DNA of 64,000 nt, from assembly GCF_018977255.1 (NCBI RefSeq), contig NW_024704743.1, forward strand, positions 40,054,001 through 40,118,000, given 5' to 3'. The position numbers and the translations under genes are program-made. This stretch comes from Callorhinchus milii. Lineage: Eukaryota. Position 1 is the stretch's first letter. Every line of letters begins with the position of its first letter. This document shows positions 40,340-52,661 of the stretch, piece by piece. The notes beneath the pieces are model-generated. The model was not told the origin of the DNA, made no database searches, and saw only the letters and a program-made list of their open reading frames with translations.

Positions 40340-41315
40340 GTGATATCATCTGCAGGCATGCGGCTAACTTCTACAAGTATGTGAATGACACCCAACTCTA
40401 TCTCTGCCTTCATTCAGTACTACTGCTGTCCTCACAGATTGTTTGTCAGACATCAAGTCCTGGATAATACCCAACTTTCTCAACTTGAATGTTGACAAGA
40501 AGAAGGCTGTCCTGCTTGGCTCCCATCAGCACCTCCGCATCTCAGATACTGACATCATCACTATTCATGGATTCATTCTCCACTTCACCGAGCCAGTATG
40601 GAACTTTATGTCTTGTTCGACCCTCAACTGCTCCTTAAACCCCACATGCATGACCCGCTTTGCCTTACCCCACAACCGCAATATTGTCCGCATTCCCCAT
40701 TACTTCTCCTCCGTCATCCACCGTTTTCGTCACTTCCGGGCTATGCTAACTGTCTACTCGCCAGACTTCCCAACTGTTCCTTCCACAAGCTGCAGATTAT
40801 TCAGAACTCTGCAGATTGTGTCCTCTCCTTCACCAAGCTCTGTGAGCCGATCACCCTCATCCTCACCCGGATCCATTGGCTCCTCAACCAACAGAGGATC
40901 AAGTTTAAGACCCTCATCCTCACTTTTAAAGTCCTCCATGGTCTTGCACCTCCTGACGTCTGATACCTGTTAAAACCATACCAACCTGCCCGTGCCCTCT
41001 GCTAAGTGGGGAATGGGCTGCTTCGTGTACCCTGTTCTGGCCACTGCATTATCGGTGGTCGGGCTTTCAGCTTTTCTGCCTCCACACTCTAGAACTCCAT
41101 CTTGGAATCTCTTCCCCTTTGCCTCTATCAAGGTTCATCTCAAGATCTTTCTCTTTGACCGTGCCTTTGGTCATCCTCCCACCCCCACCTCCATCCCCCT
41201 TGCTCTTCACCCTCTTTATTCCGGCCCTCAGCTCTGGTACAAATCCTTGACTGTCCAGTGCCTTGGGACATCCTTCCAATGTGAGAGGCGCTTTTCTGAA
41301 TGTAATTTGTTGTTG
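40340..41315 (+). mobile_element. L2 LINE (second family), 5'-truncated and decayed
   Basis: DDTQLY, SDIKSWIIPNFLNLNVDK, HKLQIIQNSA, ITLILTRIHWL and FKVLHGLAP; 3' tail TGTAATTTGTTGTTG. Confidence 0.9.
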
Positions 41316-41894
41316 TATTTTCAAGTACCAGTAGCAGGATACAGACTTTACTAACCCCCAAAAAATTATACCAAATGAAACATCTCCTCCAGGGAATCCC
41401 ACGTATGTCAACCAACAAAAATGTTGCTCTGATTGAAGATCTCAAAAGATGAAATTCTCATTGGCTCACATGGACTCACCTAGGTTCAAAGGTTATATGC
41501 ACTTTACATCCAGTGCAATTTATTTCAGTTTCAAAGCGCAAATTATGATGCATTCTTCCAACTTCAATGATCCGTTTACGCCCTGTGCCCCACCCACCAC
41601 CACAACAAATTAGATACCAATATCGCATGGAAAAATTACTCATATAAGTAAACTTATTCCAATTCGGTTCCCAACTTAAAACTTTTGGTGAGTCACACAT
41701 ATGGTGATGTCTTTTGTGTGCTATCACAGTGTTGCAGGGATGTCTGATGTGCTTTATTATCTCCTGGCATTTGAAAGAGAGACAGAGGTACTGCGGATGA
41801 GCAGATTCAGTGTGAACTACATTTCATGACTGAAAATGTGCCAAACTGGACGGTTGACCTAAAGATACAATTTTGCATCATACATAATACGTGA

Positions 41895-42110
41895 TACAAT
41901 ACAATTTACATTTATATAGTGCCTGTCACATCAGGAGGATGTCTCAAAGTAATTTACAATGCTGGATGGACATCCCAGCTGAGAGTGAGACCGGTAAGCA
42001 AAGGGAGTTGCCGGGTTAGTGTGGTTGAAGGAGATTGTAGAGGTAGGGTGGGGTAAGACCATGCAGGTATTTGAACACATATAAGTAACAATAAGCTGAG
42101 AAAAGGAATA
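41895..42110 (-). mobile_element. L2 LINE 3' fragment with internal deletion
   Basis: The minus frame gives YVFKYLHGLTPPYLYNLL; tail TTTACATTTATATAGTGCCTGTCACATCAGGAGGATGTC. Confidence 0.7.
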
Positions 42111-42619
42111 TTCTAGAAGGCCTAGCAAGCTTCCTTTGATTATTAATATCAATTCCACCCTCATTCAGTTTCCCACCTAAAAAGACTGTTGCTATTGGAA
42201 GTGGTTTCCCACCTAAAAAGATTAAATCGGTCACACATCCGACAGCTGTTTGCAGGACATTGCTAAGGCGAATTAATAGCTGCACTTGTGTGCATGGCAA
42301 CAGTCAAAGAAATACTTGTGCGGACTCTTTTTGTTTGTTTTGATATTCCAGTTTATTATATCAAAACATAAGTCGTGTACTTTATAAATTTGCCTGCCCT
42401 CTTCTCATCATATCCTTCAATTTCCTCTCTCCAGAAACTCATTCAGTTATCTCTTGATATTGTCTGATATTGTCTGCTTCAATGCTCTTACCTAGCAACA
42501 TCTTGCACACGTCTGTTACCGTTCTGTAAACCACACTCTGCCTGACTAACCCACTTACTCCCAGTGTCCTTATTTTTAACCTGGTACCTTGAACTCGAAA
42601 GTTGCAGTAAAGTGACTGC

Positions 42620-42736
42620 AAATACACAGTCAATTCACTTTACAGCATATTCCGTGAAGCGCTTTGAGACCTCTAGAAAGCGTGAAAAGTACTATATCAA
42701 ATGCAAGGATTATTATTATTATTATTATTATTATTA
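42620..42736 (+). mobile_element. Family A SINE 3' fragment with (ATT)n tail
   Basis: CAGTCAATTCACTTTACAG...TATATCAAATGCAAGGATTATT... Confidence 0.85.
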
Positions 42737-43695
42737 AGTGCGGCTCATTATAAACATTGACAGTGCCTGTTCTGCACAAAGATCAATAGTAAGCAAAAAA
42801 TGTGAAATATAATCCAAATTTAATTTAAATGCCTACATTAGAGGAATGAAATTGTGATACAATACTTCAGCTGAAAAAGATGTCTCGCTTGCATTGAGTT
42901 TCTTTTACACAAGTGCAAGATTTGAATTAACCTGGACATGGTGTATATCTTTGTGTTGATGATCTCATTCAAAATTGACATAAAACTCTTACTTAGCAGG
43001 GAAAGGGTTTAAAAATACTATATGTTCAGGATCATATTCAGTAATGTGAAATAGCATCAGGATGAATTTATGCCTACTTAATACTGTACTATTGCAAATA
43101 ATGTCAGTGCTGCTAGAAGCGATATCTCCAAATCATACTGCTCAAACACAATACAGTTTATGCTGCAAACTTTTACATCAAATTCATAAAAGAAAACTTT
43201 AGCATAGCTCAAATTCAAAAAAAGTTATCAGGTGTTTCCCCCCCCCAATGAGAGGAAAAATACTGTATTTAAGCACATCCTTTGAATCATATGTTGTCTT
43301 ATTCAATCCTTCTGTTCCATTTCCATCTATTCCTGTCTGTTCACATTTTGTTTTGCTTGACCAATATTGGTTTATCTATATTCAAATTCTAGTCCCTTTG
43401 AAGACATGAAGCCGAACAAAATGATTGGTCGCGTGTCACACTTAGGTTGTAACTCTGCTGATAAATCTGCCAGGATATTAACATATTTATTAGGTAGGTT
43501 CAGATTAAAAAGTGTGCACTGATTTATACACAACTGAGATACTTTATAAATCAAAAGCATCACCGTGAAACTGAAATGGTGCAATTGCTGTGGTACAGCA
43601 CATTCCACAACAAGTAAACTCTACATTCTGTTAAGTTTCAAATGGTAGAAATCAGACATTAAATGATTCTCAATATTTCTCCCTCAATATTTGCA

Positions 43696-43696
43696 T

Positions 43697-43741
<45 letters not shown>

Positions 43742-44046
43742 CCTTGCATTTGATATAGCGCTTTTCACGTCGGGAGGACGTCCCAAAGCGCTTCACAGAA
43801 CAAACTGTAAAGTGAATTGACTGTATATTTGTGGGCGAACGCGGCAGCCAATTGCGCACAGCAATGTCCCACAAACAGTCGTAGATTGAAAATGACCAAT
43901 TTTTATTATTGTTTTTGGTTTTTGGAGGGATTATTATTAGGCGTGTGGAGTAAGGAAACTTGCCCAAGGTTTCGCCCTGCCTGGAAATGAACTCAGGTCT
44001 CTCGCTTGCAAAGCGAGTGCTCTAACCACTGAGCTACAGGACTCCA
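43696..44046 (-). mobile_element. tRNA-Ala-derived SINE (family A, short form), apparently young, with ~14 perfect ATT tail repeats
   Basis: Intact CpGs, perfect CTCGC-TT-TGC-AA-GCGAG arm and 3' stem-loop ACGTC-CTCCC-GACGT. Confidence 0.95.
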
Positions 44047-44431
44047 TTTACTGTATTTAAAAGGCAAGTCGAGGTAAAGTATTTCCAGCTGAACGTACTC
44101 CCACAACTATAACAGTAAATGTTCTTATGAAATTGGGTTCCACTTGTATTGAGGATTTCTCACTTTCTTTCATTACTTGGAACCCACTTCCTCTATTATT
44201 ACAACAACAACAACAACAACAAGATTCCATTTATAAATTGACATCACTGTGAAGGCAGGGTGATGAAGCTTATCTGTTGAGGTTATCAAGGACGGCTACT
44301 TTTGGACTAGCCTGCCAACCAATTCAGAGACTCCTCGTGCCTTTGTTGTTTGGTTATCGTGGCTTTTCTTTCCCCTCACATTTGTCTACTACTACTTGAG
44401 GTTTGTTTCTTTCATCTCCTTAAATTCGCCT

Positions 44432-44755
44432 TGTGGAGTCCTGTAGCATGTTTGTTAGAGCACTCGCCTCACAAACGAGAGGACCTGGGTTTGATTCCCG
44501 TGCAAGGCAAAACATTGTTAGGCAATTGGCAGATCGCTTTTCCAGCAGTAATAATCCCTTCCAAAAATAAATAATAATTTAGTCACTCAATCCACGACTT
44601 TTAGTGGGACACTGCTGTGCTCAATTTGCTGCCAGATTTCACCCACAAAATATACAATCAATTCACTTAACAGCATGTTCTGTGAAGCGAATTGAGATGT
44701 CTCGAAGACATGATAAGGTGCTATATCAAATGCAAGGATTATTATTATTATTATT
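44432..44755 (+). mobile_element. tRNA-Ala-derived SINE (family A) with a private internal deletion
   Basis: TGTGGAGTCCTGTAGC head, core, tail and (ATT)n. Confidence 0.9.
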
Positions 44756-46175
44756 CCCATTAACATGCTTTCTTCTAATATTGCTGCAGATTGAGAGCTG
44801 TTTTATGTCGATTTAAGCCAATCCACACTGAATAGCGTGAAGGAGAGGACTCTAGAAACTAAAATAAGTATACAGAGTTTTAATGATCAAACTTTCTAAT
44901 TTGTACCAATCTGTGAGAGAAAGAGACAAGCAGACATTTGGGAAAGAGTTGGAAAGCCATTCTGTGAATTGTACCCAATTGTCAGATTGGTTACCAAGTA
45001 ATTTAAAGCTGAGTACTTAAATATTTCCAATATGTTCTCTTTTCCATTTTTACTTTTGATTTCAACAGCGACCTAATAGATATCTCAAAAGAAATAATTT
45101 GTAGGCGTATGTCTAAAAGGCAGGTAAATGGGACCACATGGATTTCTCTTTCAAAGAACTTTCTCTTTCAGTTATAATCAAGAATTGACTATGTAGGGGA
45201 TAAAATGCAATAACAGAAGTCCCAGCACTGAACTATACAGAGAGACTTTCTTTTTGATTGAGAAAGAGCATTTCCATCCTTCTTTCAAATAACACATGAG
45301 CACTAAGTGTGGTTGGAATTCATTTGTTACTGCAGGAATTCTGATCAATAACCTTTTGCATCAGTGCAAATGTTTTGTATGGTAAAGATTCCACAGCTAG
45401 ATTCCTCTTTGCAATGAGCTTTACATAGCTCAATGACATTGATTGCCTAATAAGTCCTGCAGTCAGTATTACAGATTCTCTACAACAAAAATCATAAAAT
45501 CCTAAGTGAAATGTAGCTTTGTTGATAGCTTTTCCACTGCAATTTCATCCTGTCTGGAGAGATTCTCATTATTTGCACTAATTACCTCTTTAACTGCTCA
45601 CTTTGAGGCCTTTTTGATGAATTCGACTGGACTTTTCCGATTTGTTACATCAATGTTATGAACTACAAGCCTCATGATACTGCTCAATGGACAATTGCAG
45701 TTTTCTTTCCCTAATATACCAACGGCCTTCTTACTGGCTATAACCACTGGCATTAAATTTCCCCTGAAGTTACTTGGATATTAAGAGTAGCTTTTATCAA
45801 TAAGTAAAGAGGTAACTAAAAAGAGATGACTGAAGAAAAAACTAAAGAGAGAAAGAAAAAAAGAAGGAAAGATTCCATTTGATATGTTACCTTATTACAT
45901 CATTGAAACATCAAAAAATACTTAACAGGATTTATTACAAAGTGTACTGAATGTGTAATTGTAGACAAATTTAATACGAATACATGTATTATATTCAACT
46001 TTCAAGAATGATCCCCTTATTGTACCCTCTAATACAGTAACACTGCATGACTGACTTGGATACATTTGTCCTGCAAAACCCAACACCAGGCCTTGAAACC
46101 ATTTATACTAATTGGAGGCTTTTATAATTCAGATCTAGGGCTATCCAAAGTATTTTAGAATACTTCAATATAAGG

Positions 46176-46420
46176 TAATAATGCTTGCATTTGATATAGT
46201 CATTTATAACATCTACTAGACGTCTCAAAGCGCTTCACAGAACATACTGTAGAGTTAATTGACCATATGTTTTGTGGACAAAACACGGCAGCCAATTGCG
46301 CACAGCAGTGTTCCCACAAACAGTCGTGGATTAAGTGACAAAATTATTATTTTTTTGAAGGATTTATACCCCCGGAAAAAATGATCCGTCATTCAACTAA
46401 CAACTGGGTTCCTACTTACT
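46176..46420 (-). mobile_element. Family A SINE, 5'-truncated
   Basis: Tail, Deu-like core and part of the middle segment; no tRNA head. Confidence 0.88.
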
Positions 46421-46427
46421 TCTTACG

Positions 46428-46640
46428 TACCCCAAAGATCCATCCTTGGCCCCCTCCTCTTTCTGATCTACATGCTCCCTCTTGGGGATGTCATCCGCAG
46501 ATATGGGGTACACTTTCCACATGTATGCGGACGACACCCAACTCTATTTTTCCACCTCACTTTGCGACCGCCAGTCCCCTGATGTTCTGACAGCCTGCCT
46601 GTCAGACCTCAGAGCTGGATGAGTACAAATTTCCTTCAAA
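46428..46640 (+). mobile_element. Internal L2 RT fragment (YADD region)
   Basis: Highly similar to 28318-28520: GATCCATCCTTGGCCCC...TATGCGGACGACACCCAACTCTA...GAGCTGGATGAG. Confidence 0.9.
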
Positions 46641-46819
46641 TTTGGTCACAATTTGAATTGATCAAAGTTTTTGCGTTTCAGCACATAGCCACATTTCTGA
46701 GTTCTGGAAACATTACCTCTCCCTGTGGAATAAAATCTATATTTATAATATTGAAACATATTATCATCAACCAAGAGGGGCAAGGGGTTTGCATTATTAA
46801 TTTGTAGTTGTTATTTGAA

Positions 46820-47245
46820 ATCAACCTGGCTCAGTTAAAAGTACTCTCACCGCAGAGTCAGAAGGTTGTGGCTTCAACCTCACGTTGGGACCTCAAACTC
46901 ACAATCCAGTTGAAACTCAGTGCTGGAGGAGTGCTGCATTGTACGAGCTGACAAACATTCAGATCAGATGTTAAAGGAAGGTCCTGTCTGCGTGCTCAGG
47001 TGGAAGTTAAAGATTACATGCACCTTTCAAAAAGAGAAAGGAGATTCTCCCAGAGCCCTGGCTAACAATACTCTGCAGGTAAAATTGATCAGTCATTGCC
47101 TGTTTGAGGGACATTACTGTGCCTCAATTGGGTGCACATTTGCCTATGAAATATATAGTCAAAACACAATACAGTATATCCCGTAACGCATTTGTAGACA
47201 TCTCAACATGATGAATCGGTGCTATATTATATGCAAGTATCACTA
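46820..47245 (+). mobile_element. DeuSINE-like SINE (family B), near full length
   Basis: CCTGGCTCAGTT..GAGTCAGAAGGTTGTGG head, GGAGTGCTGCATTGT..CTCAGGTGGAAGTTAAAGAT core and GCTATATT..TGCAAG tail. Confidence 0.85.
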
Positions 47246-47294
47246 AATGGAAAGATTATCATTAAATAAAAAAATGCATGTCATTGGGATGAGT

Positions 47295-48140
47295 ATCAAG
47301 ACCTTTGACTGCACTTTTGGTCATCTTTCCCCTCCCCGTTCCCAGCTTGGATGCCAAGTCAATTTTGTTAAGCTCCTCAGGACATCCTCCTGACATGAAA
47401 GGCGCTGTAGAAATGTAAATTTGTATTTGTATTCCACTTTAATCACAGTCCTACCTGGACTAATTGAGAACATCTGCATGAACTCATCACATTATGTAAC
47501 CATTTTTTCACACCAACAACCAACTGCATGAACAATGTCACTGTTGTAATGTTTTCATGATTTCCTTGCGTTTAACTACTTTGTTCTCCAATTTATGCTC
47601 AATGACCTAGTGCTAAGTATTCCATCTCCATTAGAACTATTAAACTTGAACACTGACAATATTTCTCAAAAGGAAATGACAGTACCTCATAAATCTGTGG
47701 TTTTACTCATCATGAAACAATGTTTTACACTTTGTCGAAAGTTAGCATGCCCTTCATTTTGTGGGCTATGGATAGTGAAATGGTTAGAGTTAATTCTACA
47801 GTTAATTTAAAAGTTGCACAGTATAATATTGTATCGAAACATTTTAAGTGTCAAACCTATGTGCATTCACATCAATCGGACAGGCTTTCAGCCATTCTGA
47901 CCCCACTCTATGGAACTCCATCCCGAAGTCCCTACGCTTTGTACACTCCTTTATTTTTGTACGTTTGCACTCTCCTCTATTAATGCACATCTCAAAATGT
48001 ACCTCTTTCAACGTACTTTCAGACATTTTTCCTTTCCCCAGCCCCAGCTCAAGTGCCCATCCAGCACTCTGAATGTGCTTTGGGAAATCCTCCATATTTA
48101 TATAGTGAAAGCTGTTATAGAAATGTAAATTGGAATGTAT
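47295..48140 (+). mobile_element. Two separate L2 3' fragments (~47295-47430 and ~47860-48140)
   Basis: GGACATCCTCCTGACATGAAAGGCGC stem-loop; the second encodes SIGQAFSHSDPTLWNSIPKSLR. Confidence 0.75.
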
Positions 48141-49159
48141 TGAATTGCTATTTTTGTCATTTTCGGTCTTTCTTCAATCTTATTTTTTTATTTGGTTAAA
48201 TAGTATTAGTGTCTTGGTACCAGTACACAATGCTTTCTAGTGCAAGATTAGAAACTTTGCTGTTAGTAATCAAAAACACTAGGACATTAGAGAAAACAAA
48301 CAAGTGTATGTTATGAACTTTTAGGTTTTGCTTAATTTTAATTAATTTTGATTTAAATTAATCTGTGAAACCATCACCACCAGAGAAAATAAGGGGGAAG
48401 GAGAATTTTGCAAATTGTTGAATTCAGTTTTAACGTTCTGAGGAACGTACAGAAACTGGTGTAAAAATTAAAGACCATAGTTAAGACTTTGACAAATTCT
48501 GAATGCTCTTCTTAAATGTTCTGTTAATAGAGTAAATCTAGACAAAGGTGGAATTTTTACCCAGGTTGAAAATCCCACAACAGCACATTTGTACCTGAAA
48601 TTTCCCCCTCCCCTCATGTGGGCAAACATTCTGTTATGGAACCACGTTGTGCATGCACAACAAACACACATCAAGAGTGTAACTCTCAGGGTAGCACTAA
48701 GCAGAGGTTCCCTCTGCTTGAGCTCTCAGTTGCCTTGGATCACGAAAGCAGAGATTCACGTCACACTGGTTCAAAGAAACTGCTGCAAAGCTCCAGCAGT
48801 TTTTGACGATTTGATAAAGCCAGCTCACTCAACAGGTAGGTGATTGTCAGCCTCCTTGTGCAAGAACCCAACTGAGGCGTAAACTGCAGGGGATGCATTG
48901 AGTTTAGATCATCAAGACCTGAACTGAAAGCATTCTCCATGGGGCCAAGTATAAAGGCATGGTACAAGAGTACATGTTTCAAATCAGTTTATGCTTTCAG
49001 TAAAAATTGTGTTTTATCAGATCACACAACAAATACTTATTAACCAAATTAATTTAGGCACTAAACAGATATTTCACAGCTAATCTGATACGCATGTGCT
49101 ATTGTAAGGAATGAATTCATGTTTGAGAAGGACAGCAAAGTGCAGTACTTCAGACTTTC

Positions 49160-49485
49160 AATAATAATAATAATAAATCTTGCATTTGATACAGCGCTTT
49201 TCACGTTGTTTCAAAGCACTTTACAGATTATATGTAAATAATAATAATAATCCTTGCATTTGATATAGCGCTTTTCACGTCTTCTAGACATCCTAAAGCG
49301 CTTCACAGAATATACTGTAAAGTGAATTGACTGCATATTTGTGGACGAAACGTATTAGCCAATTGCACACAGCAGTGTCCCACAAACAGTAGTGGATTGA
49401 GTGACCAAATTATTATTAATTTTGGGGGCATTATTATCCCCGGAAGAGCAGTCCGCAATCGACTAACAACCGGGTTCCTACTTAC
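49160..49485 (-). mobile_element. Family A SINE, 5'-truncated, with a second tail fragment in tandem
   Basis: Two successive (AAT)n-CTTGCATTTGATA.AGCGCTTTTCACGT tails at ~49160 and ~49236. Confidence 0.88.
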
Positions 49486-52139
49486 AAATAAACAAATAAC
49501 AGGCAATTCTGTCAACTAATTCCAATTATCCAAATTCACATTAGGCAGACGACATTAATGAACTTCAGAGCCCCTCTTATTAAGAACATGTCTACTCAGT
49601 AATCTATCTAGTATTCAAAAACAAACATGATTAAAGTTGTGTGCTGAATCCAATGGCACAGGATTTTATCTTACAAATATCCAGAAATAGGAAGCATCCT
49701 TCAATCAATATAAGAGGATGGCAAAGGTCCCCTCATGGGGCAGAGGCCTGGAATAGTCAGGTCAAAGGCTATGCAAAGTGTACCCGAATAATCATAATTT
49801 ATTTATTAATTTATGAATGAATTTAATTACATCTCTTCCCAAAAATTCACAATTGCCACACGTTGACTTACATTTGCTATATACAAAATATATATTTCCT
49901 AGTCTGATTAGTAGATTAGTCAGTCCAAACGGCAGTCTCTGGGGTCAAGCACACATTGATTGCTAAACACTGTAATTTTACAACCATAGGATTACCACCA
50001 TTTTATTAGCTATTATCACAAAGATCCCCTTCTTTGCTTATCTTTTTCTGCTTTAAACCTCTCTCTCCACTCAACAATATTAATGGATCTTTATCATGGA
50101 ATTTTTATGAGAGAATTTAAATAAATACATGTGAGATAATTCTGACTCAACGAGACTACCCATACCCCTCACTGACTCAGTGCTTCTAAGATTATTTCCA
50201 TGCTTCTACAAGTTATCAGAGGTCTTACGTCAATTCCTTTACACCTTTGAAACTTCCTCTCTCCTAACAACATGTGTTTTCTTCAGGCCATCTTCTCCCA
50301 CCCCCCAACTGTGTTCGGAAATGTGCATCCTGTGCACCCTAACACTATATCTATATTGTACTTCCCATCACCACTTGCAGAGGGAGACACAGAAAGCCAT
50401 ATAATGGTACAGTTAAACTAGTATTCTCATTGCCAGTGAAAGTAATCTGTTCCAAGATTTCAGGCCACCTTATCTCAACAAAGCATATTGTAGCCACCAA
50501 AACAAAGTTGACAGAGGAAACCATTATCAAAACGTAGAAAAGTAGGACCAGCATCAGCTATAGACTAGAGAAAAATGTTCAGTTCACTAAGGAATACATT
50601 TCAAATGCACATTGAGAAGCTGGAAGACAGCAAAGGGAAATATTGTCAAACCAGACAGTGTATAGGCATGTTGAATGTAAAGTCAGCGACATATTGCAGA
50701 AGATTGCTGTTGCTATTCTTTCAATGAACCACAAAACAATAATTGATAGATGATATAATTCATAGAATATAAGCACCTCTAATGGGCATTTCACGATTTT
50801 CTCATTGACATCTCAGTCTGCAAGTTTCAGAAGATTTAAATTGCATTATATCCTGCAGCATGTGGGGGTGATAATTATACTAATCCTTACACAGGCCTCC
50901 GAGACGCTATTTTGTAGGCGATCGATTTGGGAGAACAGCACTGGCCTTGGTTCTAATACTCTGCATGGCCGGGTAGCCTGCTGACACTTTCTCTAGGTTT
51001 ATGTATGAAGAATCATAGTTATTAATGCAAAGGTTGCAGGATCAGTTGAGAAATCGGCTTCAAAAGCATCAACTGCTTCTGAGTTGTTTCTCTTAAGCAA
51101 CACGATTCTTTCCAACATTAGACTGAATCCAAATGAATCAATGCCTCAGAAATATTTCCTTTCAATAAGTAATCCCATTAGCCTGCGTGTGCTCTGATTT
51201 CTGTTTTTTTTCTTGTTTTGAAAATTCTCTGCCCTGATTTTCCCTGAAAATATGATAGTGAATAATAATCCTTAACTGCCACTGATTGAGGCAAAATATA
51301 TCAGAAATGTAACGCAAAATAAATTGGGGTCTCTAAAAAATTTCTGAAAAAGCAGACTTTGAAAAATCAAAATGCTTTGCAAATTGGGTGCCACAATACC
51401 CTTCAATGGTAATCTGAGGACATCTGTGGTTACTTGTAATGAATCATTCAGCTTGATAGCAATGAATCGTTATTCAGTGCTCAGTACATATTCTAATCGT
51501 GCTATTTCAAAGCTATTAATCTGTTAACATTTAGAACTGATGCAGCTTTAGCTGAAAGCTGCAACTGATGAGTAATGTATCGGGGCAGCTCAGAGAAGCC
51601 AGATCACATTTTTCAACTCCAAGGTATCATTGCAAATCCAGGTGTGACTTGTTTTTAGTCACAGATTAGTCCTGTGATATGATCTTACCTGACTACTACT
51701 TTTACCTTGTTTGATCATAGGGCAAGAATGGATTTAAGAACATAAGCAGGTAAAAAATGGGGGAAATAACACAACTCCTACAAAAATACACAGTCATTAC
51801 ATTATACTGTGAATCCTGGGAAGCACTTTGTGCATTCTAGTGATGTGAAAGGTGCTGTACCAAATGTCACGATTATTAAGCAGAAATACAATGGGGAAGG
51901 ACACTAAGAGAATTGGAATGGGGGAAGAACATAAGGAGCCATGGAATTAGAAAGAACATTCATAAACCCATCAAGCTATCTTAGTTTTGTATCATTCAAA
52001 CTATTCTATTGAGGTCTCTACCCAACTACTTGTGGTGGGAAATTCTGAATAAATATTCCTGGATACCCATTCTCTGAAACCCAAATATAAAGCGGGCAAA
52101 ACATTAGATTAATCCATCAGTCATTTTCAAACCGGTGGT

Positions 52140-52355
52140 AACAGCAGAGATAGAGAGAGATACGAAGATGCAGAGAGAGAGAGAGAGAGAGACACACCCA
52201 CACACACAGACAAAGAGAGACAGATACAGGGACACAGACAGAGAGAGATACAGAGACACACGTAGACAGACAGATAAAGAAACACGTCCAGACAGAAAGA
52301 GAGACAAACACAGAGACACACATGGATACAGAGTGAGACACAGAAACAGATAAAC
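52140..52355. repeat. Compound GA/CA low-complexity microsatellite
   Basis: Mixed GAGA/GACA/CACA/GATA units over ~215 bp. Confidence 0.9.
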
Positions 52356-52589
52356 ATCGCTGGCTCTGTTGCTTTAAAATTTGTTTACATTTTTACATTG
52401 CCTATTCAAAGTTTGCATTGTAACTAAAATATAGTGAAATTAAGCAATAGAGTTACAACAACAACAACAAGATTACATTTGTATAGTGCCTTTCATGTCG
52501 GGAGGACATCCCAATTACACAATTTAAAACAAAGCATTTTTACATGATTCTTATGGGTTATGTTTCTGGAAGGGAAACACAAAAGTATT

Positions 52590-52661
52590 GCTTATGTGAC
52601 CCCTGGACGTTTCTCAAATCTGGCATCTGGCCCTAAGCAGCCAAAAGGTTGGACCACTCTG
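52590..52661. mobile_element. Possible hAT (Charlie-like) transposon terminus
   Basis: The reverse complement CAGAGTGGTCCAACCTTTTGGCTGCTTAGGGCC resembles CAGGGGTGTCCAACCTTT-type hAT TIRs; no partner end was found. Confidence 0.35.

Noticed and set aside
42168..42221. CRISPR-like repeat-spacer-repeat
   Set aside because: There are only two 18-bp repeats, no cas genes, and the context is vertebrate.
43659..43967. Family of similar small ORFs (MGKFPYST...; also 4985, 7476 and 36899)
   Set aside because: These are translations of SINE copies; the poly-Y/I/L runs come from the (ATT)n tail.
48730..48836. Plus-strand exon candidate (CAG acceptor, CAG|GTAGGT donor)
   Set aside because: The splice signals are moderate, the peptide is unrecognisable, and no partner exon was identified.
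52104..52357. Overlapping S/L/V/C-rich and R/D/T-rich ORFs
   Set aside because: They are artefacts of the GA/CA microsatellite.
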